A program made the position numbers and the translations under genes. A stretch of DNA of 64,000 nucleotides from Octopus vulgaris (lineage: Eukaryota), in NCBI GenBank assembly GCA_951406725.2, contig OX597819.1, forward strand, positions 101,556,001 through 101,620,000, read 5' to 3'. Positions 58,014 through 64,000 of this stretch are shown here, in pieces; within the stretch, counting starts at the first letter, position 1, and every line of letters begins with the position of its first letter. The notes below the pieces were generated by a model, which ran no database searches, had not been told where the DNA came from, and was given only the letters and a program-made list of their open reading frames with translations.

Positions 58014-58073
58014 ATCAAGTATAATCCAAGTGGGGCAATCCGAGATTTAGAGCAACTTATCCGCATCATTGAG
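58014..58073 (+). CDS. Candidate 60-nt host micro-exon (IKYNPSGAIRDLEQLIRIIE)
   Basis: tag| acceptor, GAG|gtatga donor, open phase-0 frame in non-repetitive sequence; no family recognised. Confidence 0.25.
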
Positions 58074-58289
58074 GTATGAAATCATTCGAAAAGTCCTCGG
58101 AAAGGAGATGAAACGAAAGGCTAATCAATATTATTGATATCTATAGACTTGGAGGCACTGCAAATGTTATGCGTTCCATTCATTGAAAGAGTGGACTGAA
58201 AGTATTTTAACGTGGAATCGAAATTTTATGAGCGACTCAGCATGTTTGAATATTTACAGTACGTCTATTACATATTTGGGGCACCGTTT

Positions 58290-58975
58290 TGAAGCAGCTT
58301 TTTTATTGCTTTTGTTTTTTTATCGAACAAATCAAGCGCTATACTTATTAATTATTAGTCTGGCGTCTTTTGTCTCGTCGCTATGTTGTGTATACAAACC
58401 AGCACCGATAGTCAAAACATGAAGGCGAGGACAAATACAAACACAAAGACACACGCACAAACATACACAGGCATATACATACATATGTACATACATACAT
58501 TATGGGCTTCTACAGATTTTCACTATCGAATTCACTCTCAAGACATTGGTTGTTATTTGTTCCTTCTTGAGCTACGCTTGGCTCATTAGGGCTGGATTCC
58601 CGGCTTCCTTGGCGTATAGGTTCCCCACCTGGACGGGACGCCTGTCCGTCGCAGGGGAGCTGCAAGATGCAGGTGGAAACAGTGAGAGAAAGTTGTGGCG
58701 AAAGAGTCAGCAGGAGTTCGTCATTATATTCTGCTGGAGCCGCGAGGAGCTTAAGTGTTTCGCTCATAAACACAAACATCGCCCGGTCTGAGATTCGAAT
58801 CCGCGATCCCTCGACCGCGAGTCCGCTGCTCTAACCACTAGGCCATGTGCCTCCACCAAGACGTTGGTTAGTCCAGGCTTATAGTAGAAGGCACTTGCTG
58901 TAGATGCTATGCAGTGGGATTGAACCCAAAATCTCGTGGTTCCAAAGCGAAGTTCTTAACTACATTGCCATGTCT
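58290..58975 (-). mobile_element. Old SINE family A copy interrupted by a family C SINE
   Basis: aaaccagcaccgat..tgggcttc and tatagtagaaggcacttgc..gcagtgggattgaaccc are colinear across the insertion. Confidence 0.75.
58552..58856 (-). mobile_element. tRNA-derived SINE family C, full length with 13-bp TSD
   Basis: Head gtggaggcacatggcctagtggttagagcagcggactcgcgg..ggattcgaatc; TSD caagac(a/g)ttggtt at 58539-58551 and 58857-58869. Confidence 0.9.
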
Positions 58976-59137
58976 CAACGATCTATAAAATAGAGTGATT
59001 ATGTTATTCAAATGTTTCTGACAGACACTGTTGACGTAAATGAAATGGATTCACTGTAACTAGGGATTGAGACACAAACCTGAACTCCCGAAATACGCTT
59101 CTTAACCTTCGTTCTACAACACCCGCCAATAGGTTTT

Positions 59138-60390
59138 ATAACCGAAAATATTTATACCCGAATATTTAATCCCATCATATGTTACACATCCGGTATTTCT
59201 GAGCAGTTGTAACCTCATCTGAACAGTTTATTCATTTATTTACTTCCGGTTACTGGGTGTTATTTTGGTTTGTTATACGGTGTAGTTATCATTTTATTCT
59301 GCACGTGTATCCTGAATAAGTTATTGCTAAACTGAGCGTCACTCCCTCCCCGCCAGCCCTCTAGACCATGCCAATGAAAGTAATTAACCTCCCTCAGAAT
59401 GACACTAAGTTTTGTAACAACAGCGATGAGGGTCATATCTTCATGACCTTTATCATGTCCGGGCGGACATTCACCAAGTGCTTGGCCTTGTTGAAAAACA
59501 AATTTTAAAAAACATTGCATTTTTATTACAACACTTTCTTTGCTTATTGTTTGACAGCAAATTTATCTAGTTATACACGAGGAAAGATTTCCTAAGAGGA
59601 GTTCAGGGTCATTGACTTTAGATCTATAAGAGGTGTCTGCTTGTTTAAGTTACACATCATCAACACTCTACTAAACCTTTTTCTATGCTCTGAAATTATA
59701 TTTTATTTTCGTTTCACGTTTTCCTCACTTTGCTTCCTGCGTACTTTTATGATTTTCTTCACTAAAGTACTTCCTAAAGTTTAAAACACTTTTGTTCTGC
59801 GTTGTTATTCTTACTTAGCTCCAAATCAGAGAATCTGAAGCAGATATATTAGGCATATTCCATCAATGACCATCCTGCCTTTTATTCAATGTTTCTCAAA
59901 TTACGTTATATGCAGTGTCTGAAGCAATGTTTAAAATCAAGTTTTGAAGCAATTCCAGAAATGTTAGGGGAAGGTGCGATTCGATTACATCGAGACCAGT
60001 GATCAGCTGAGCTTATTTTTTCGATTTCAAAGGGGTAAAAGGCGAATCGAACTCAGTAGCATTTTAACTCAGAACGTAAAGTTGAAAGAAATGCCGCTAC
60101 ACAACTTCTAACGTCCTAACAATTCAGCCAGCTCGCCACACAGATTCAAACTAGTTTTAGAAGCAGAAGAATGTGATTCCTGGGAGATTTCCGTGGTATA
60201 TTTAATACCAAGTACATATTATCTCTCTTGTATAGTTAAATCGTACCAAAATCAGGCCAAGCCGTTTCATAACCGAATATATTTATACCCGAATATTTAA
60301 TCCCGTTATATATTACATATCCGGTATTTCTAAGGAGTTGTAACTTCACCTGATCAGTTTATCTATTCATTTATTTACTTCCGGTTACTG
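59138..60390 (+). repeat. Pair of ~120-bp direct repeats (59138-59255 and 60269-60390)
   Basis: ataaccgaa.atatttatacccgaatatttaatccc..atttatttacttccggttactg present twice. Confidence 0.88.
59960..60140 (-). mobile_element. SINE family B, degenerate
   Basis: tcgattacatcga..aactcagaacgtaaa..gccagctcgcc. Confidence 0.72.
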
Positions 60391-60989
60391 TTATAATACT
60401 ACGGCAACCTTGTATTATAACAAAGCAGTGTCAATATTTCTATATATCGGTACTCTCAGGTAACGTTTTGGAATTAGATGAGTAAATCACGCAGGCATTA
60501 ACTTTCTTCGCAAGATTCGTACAAATAAAAATTATCATTGCTTAATTCATTTGTGTACAATGTGACCTTCTTATTTACACTCGTGCAGTATCTGTGATAT
60601 TTATTTGAAGCAGATGTGCAACATATGTTATCTTTAGAGTCAGATGTTCAACTTTCTAAATTCTATTAAAAATTGCTATTCCATTTACTAAAGGGAGCAA
60701 TTAACTGTTTGTAATGCGGTTTCGATTCTAGCTTGAGTCCTTGATTCTTATATCACACCCTGCACTTCGAAACACTCGAAAATTTGGGGCGTCACATTAC
60801 ACCTCGTATTGTTTTTGCATGTTCATCTAAGTATACAGTTTGTAAATTTGATCACCCGGCCGTCACCAATGTGACGATGCTTAACAGAGGTTTTGGCCTT
60901 AGAGACCGAAATAGTCTGTTTACTAAAAACAATGAATAACTTGTAGCGTGTCAATCACCTGAATTAAGCAAGTTGACCATCACCACGTA

Positions 60990-61180
60990 ATGGCTTGAAA
61001 TTTTGTTTTAGGGCTAGGTTTTGCAGGAAAGGCGAAGTCATTTGCATCGAATCCAGTGACTGACTGGTAATTATTTCATCGACCACGAAAGAATGAAAGA
61101 CAAAGTCGACCTCGGCGAAATCTGAGCTCAGAACATAAATAGCAATTTGTCCGACGTGCTAACGATTTTGCTAGCTCAAC
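60990..61180 (-). mobile_element. SINE family B, degenerate
   Basis: atcgaccacgaaagaatgaaagacaaagtcgacctcggcg..gtgctaacgattttgctagctc. Confidence 0.78.
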
Positions 61181-61579
61181 ACCCTGATCATCTCAGCATA
61201 ATAGAAGTAGTCTCTCTTAGACTCAGGTCGTGAGGAACTAAGACCTGTTGGTAGTTAGCCAAACATCTTAGGTGGGAAAGAAATATATATATTATTCCGT
61301 ATATATCTAGCTCTACGAAGATGTTGACATTGCATAGTATAGCCAACAGTAGTTACAAATATAAAGTATGAAGTTGTGGTGTCAAGATATTATACTTCTT
61401 ACGCTGTGCAGTCCGTTACTGTGCAGCCGAAATTTCTGGTGATGGCCATAAAGAACTCAGAGAAAGTTGGACCATGTCAAACATTACAAATTCTTTTGAA
61501 ATGTTATTCGTTATTAATGCTGTACACACCATTAAATTACGAGTACCAATAGGTCTCATGTTGTTGCATCGGCTCCTCG

Positions 61580-61961
61580 CGCTGTGTGGTAAGTAGTTGC
61601 TTACGAACTACATGCTTCCGGGTTCGGTCCCACTGCGTGGCACCTTGTGCTATAGCTTCGGGCCGACCAAAACCTTGTGAGTGGATTTAGTAGACAGAAA
61701 CCGAAAGAAGCCCGTCGTATATATGAATATATATATATATGTCTGTATGTGTATTTGTGTGTCTGTGTTTGCCCCCCTCCATCAATTGACAACCGATGGT
61801 GGTGTGTTTACGTCCCGTAACTTAGCGGTTCGGCAAAAGGGACCGATAGAATAAGTACTAGGCTTACAAAGAATAAGTCCTGGGGTCGATTTGGTCGACT
61901 AAAAGCTGTGCTCCAGCATGGTCACAGTCAAATGACTGAAATAACTAAAAGAGTAAGAGAG

Positions 61962-61964
<3 letters not shown>
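61580..61964 (+). mobile_element. SINE family A, near full length
   Basis: Colinear with 2960-3368. Confidence 0.9.
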
Positions 61965-61999
<35 letters not shown>

Positions 62000-62052
62000 G
62001 ATAAGTCTCTCACTCTTTTTCTCTCTCTCTTTCTTGCTCTCTCTCTCTCTCA

Positions 62053-62092
<40 letters not shown>

Positions 62093-62624
62093 GATTCTTA
62101 GTTATACAATAGTATATATACTGCACAAGATGCAAGTATTACCTGGTACACAATTCAATCCATGTGATAGAGTGGACAGACATGTTTATTAGATGGCCGA
62201 CTACTCAGGTTTTACTTGTTTTCGTATCCATTAAATACTACAAATCCCTAAATTTCAGCCATAGTTGCGATTAGTCAGCTATCGGGTGAAAATAGTTTTC
62301 ACTACAATCATTTTATGTAATAAATGCACACACATGCACGCGCACACACATACCCAGGTGCGCACGCAAGCAAAGACAAACATATACGTACGCATGAATG
62401 TAAATTTAATATGAGCCTTCGTCATAGATAACGCTCTTGACATATAATATGTTTCCTCCTCCAGGATCGTCAAAACTGAGTGTTATACGCATACATATTT
62501 CATACATATATGTATTAATGTTTGTGCAATATATTTCTCCCTGTATATGTATATAGACTTATGCGTATTTATATGTGTGTATATTTATGTGCATATATAT
62601 ATATGTATACACAAACACAGACAC

Positions 62625-62683
<59 letters not shown>

Positions 62684-62713
62684 TACGTATCTATATGTAT
62701 GCATATCTATGAG

Positions 62714-62775
<62 letters not shown>

Positions 62776-64000
62776 TGTGTGTGTGCTGGTGAATGTGTAA
62801 GTATTTGTGTGTACATATGCATGTATAAATGCTATGAATTATATTCTTTTTCTGTGTGTTTTCGAATATGAGGTTATGCGAACAGATGTCAAGAATCCAA
62901 CTCTTAAAATATAATACTTCGGAATTGTAGATTATATTCACACAGGTGCACAGGATCATACACATATACATATTCATGTATGTATTTCTCTTCAGAAACA
63001 CACACAGATGTATGCGTGCGTGCATACTCGTACACATACATTATCATATACAGGCTGCCGTCCTACATTTGTCTGTGTGTGGGCAAATATGGAAATTACG
63101 CTTTGAAATCAAACGTATTCTAATTGTGTTAAGTTGCAAGAAAATCTTGCAAAAAAAATAAAAACAGACACAGTAATATATAATATATGTCGTTGTATGC
63201 TAGTGTACGCATCTCTTTCCCCACCTCTCTTTCTCAATCTCTCACTCTTTTTCTCCTCACACTCTGCACATATATGGCTTCCTCTTTCCCTTTCGGCCCT
63301 TTCATGTATCATGGTGACATATAGTGGGATTTGAGCTTGTTTAACACTTAATCGGCGGGAAAAGATTGCACCATTGTCTACCGAGTCGGAGAGTAAAAAA
63401 AGATATCTCTTTTACTTTAAAGTGATTTTAATAGTAATTTTTAATCTATAATGGTTATTAGATGTTCGCACAAGAAAATTTACATTCTCAATAATGAAAA
63501 GTACCGTTAAAATATTCACTTTACCAAATTTACCGAAAATATTTTTTTACTGAAAAGTTCCTTGAAATATTCACATGCATCAAGCGGAAGCGTAAATTCA
63601 TTTCAGATTCCCGATTTGTGCATATTTATCAGCTGTTTAAGGGTTTGAGTCCTAGAGAAACCATCCCACACAAGAACAATTTCTTCTTCTTCTTCTTCTT
63701 CTTCTTCTTCTTCTTCTTCTTCTTCTTCTTCTTCTTCTTCTTCTTCTTCTTCTTCTCCTTCTTCTTCTTAAAACACAGAGAGAGAGAGGCAAAGACAGAG
63801 ATAGATAGATACAGAAATACAAAAGGAAATGAGGATAGAGAGATAGAGATAAATAGCAAGGAGAGGAGAGAGAGAGGGAGAGAAAGTGTGTATGAATATG
63901 TGTGAGTGAGAATGAAAGAGTGAAAGAGAGTGTGTGAGAGGGAGAGACGAAGGATGATAATCCATACTGATGATTTCAGCACGATTTGAGCTCAGACCTT

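Noticed and set aside
57976-58069. N-terminal part of the 251-aa ORF as LINE protein
   Set aside because: Composition changes and LINE-like similarity stops near 57975; the frame is open by chance beyond the truncation
58770-58856. tRNA gene
   Set aside because: tRNA-like head of a SINE with body, tail and TSD; acceptor stem not intact
62195-62250. Minus-strand gtat..atac-GAAA..TA hammerhead half
   Set aside because: CUGANGA box and stem III missing; indistinguishable from chance

Overview
AT-rich, microsatellite-saturated eukaryotic non-coding DNA, most likely intronic or intergenic sequence from an octopus (coleoid cephalopod). This origin is inferred from its tRNA-derived SINE families. 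No intact host gene is visible; there is one weak candidate micro-exon. Nearly all ORF-track entries are translations of (TA)n, (TAA)n, (CA)n, (GATA)n or (GAA)n repeats. The real coding remnants are retroelement fragments: a Neptune-type Penelope-like element (PLE; RT thumb, Zn linker, GIY-YIG), a Naiad-type PLE GIY-YIG fragment, three R4/Dong fragments, two L1/Tx1 fragments and one RTE RT fragment. There are also about 25 SINE copies or fragments, a non-autonomous Helitron and several MITEs. The most notable hidden signal is about 11 minimal hammerhead-ribozyme (HHR) motifs, intact or decayed, in PLE pseudo-LTR (pLTR) remnants lodged in or near (TA)n arrays. They include families of non-coding fold-back elements built as tail + (TA)n + inverted pLTR arms, which range from a two-ribozyme inverted repeat to a bare 60-bp hairpin. 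Retroelement classes appear partitioned by microsatellite: PLE/HHR in (TA)n, Dong in (TAA)n, Tx1 at (TATC)n. One SINE shares its 3' tail with the Tx1 LINE. Family names come from recalled motifs, not database searches.
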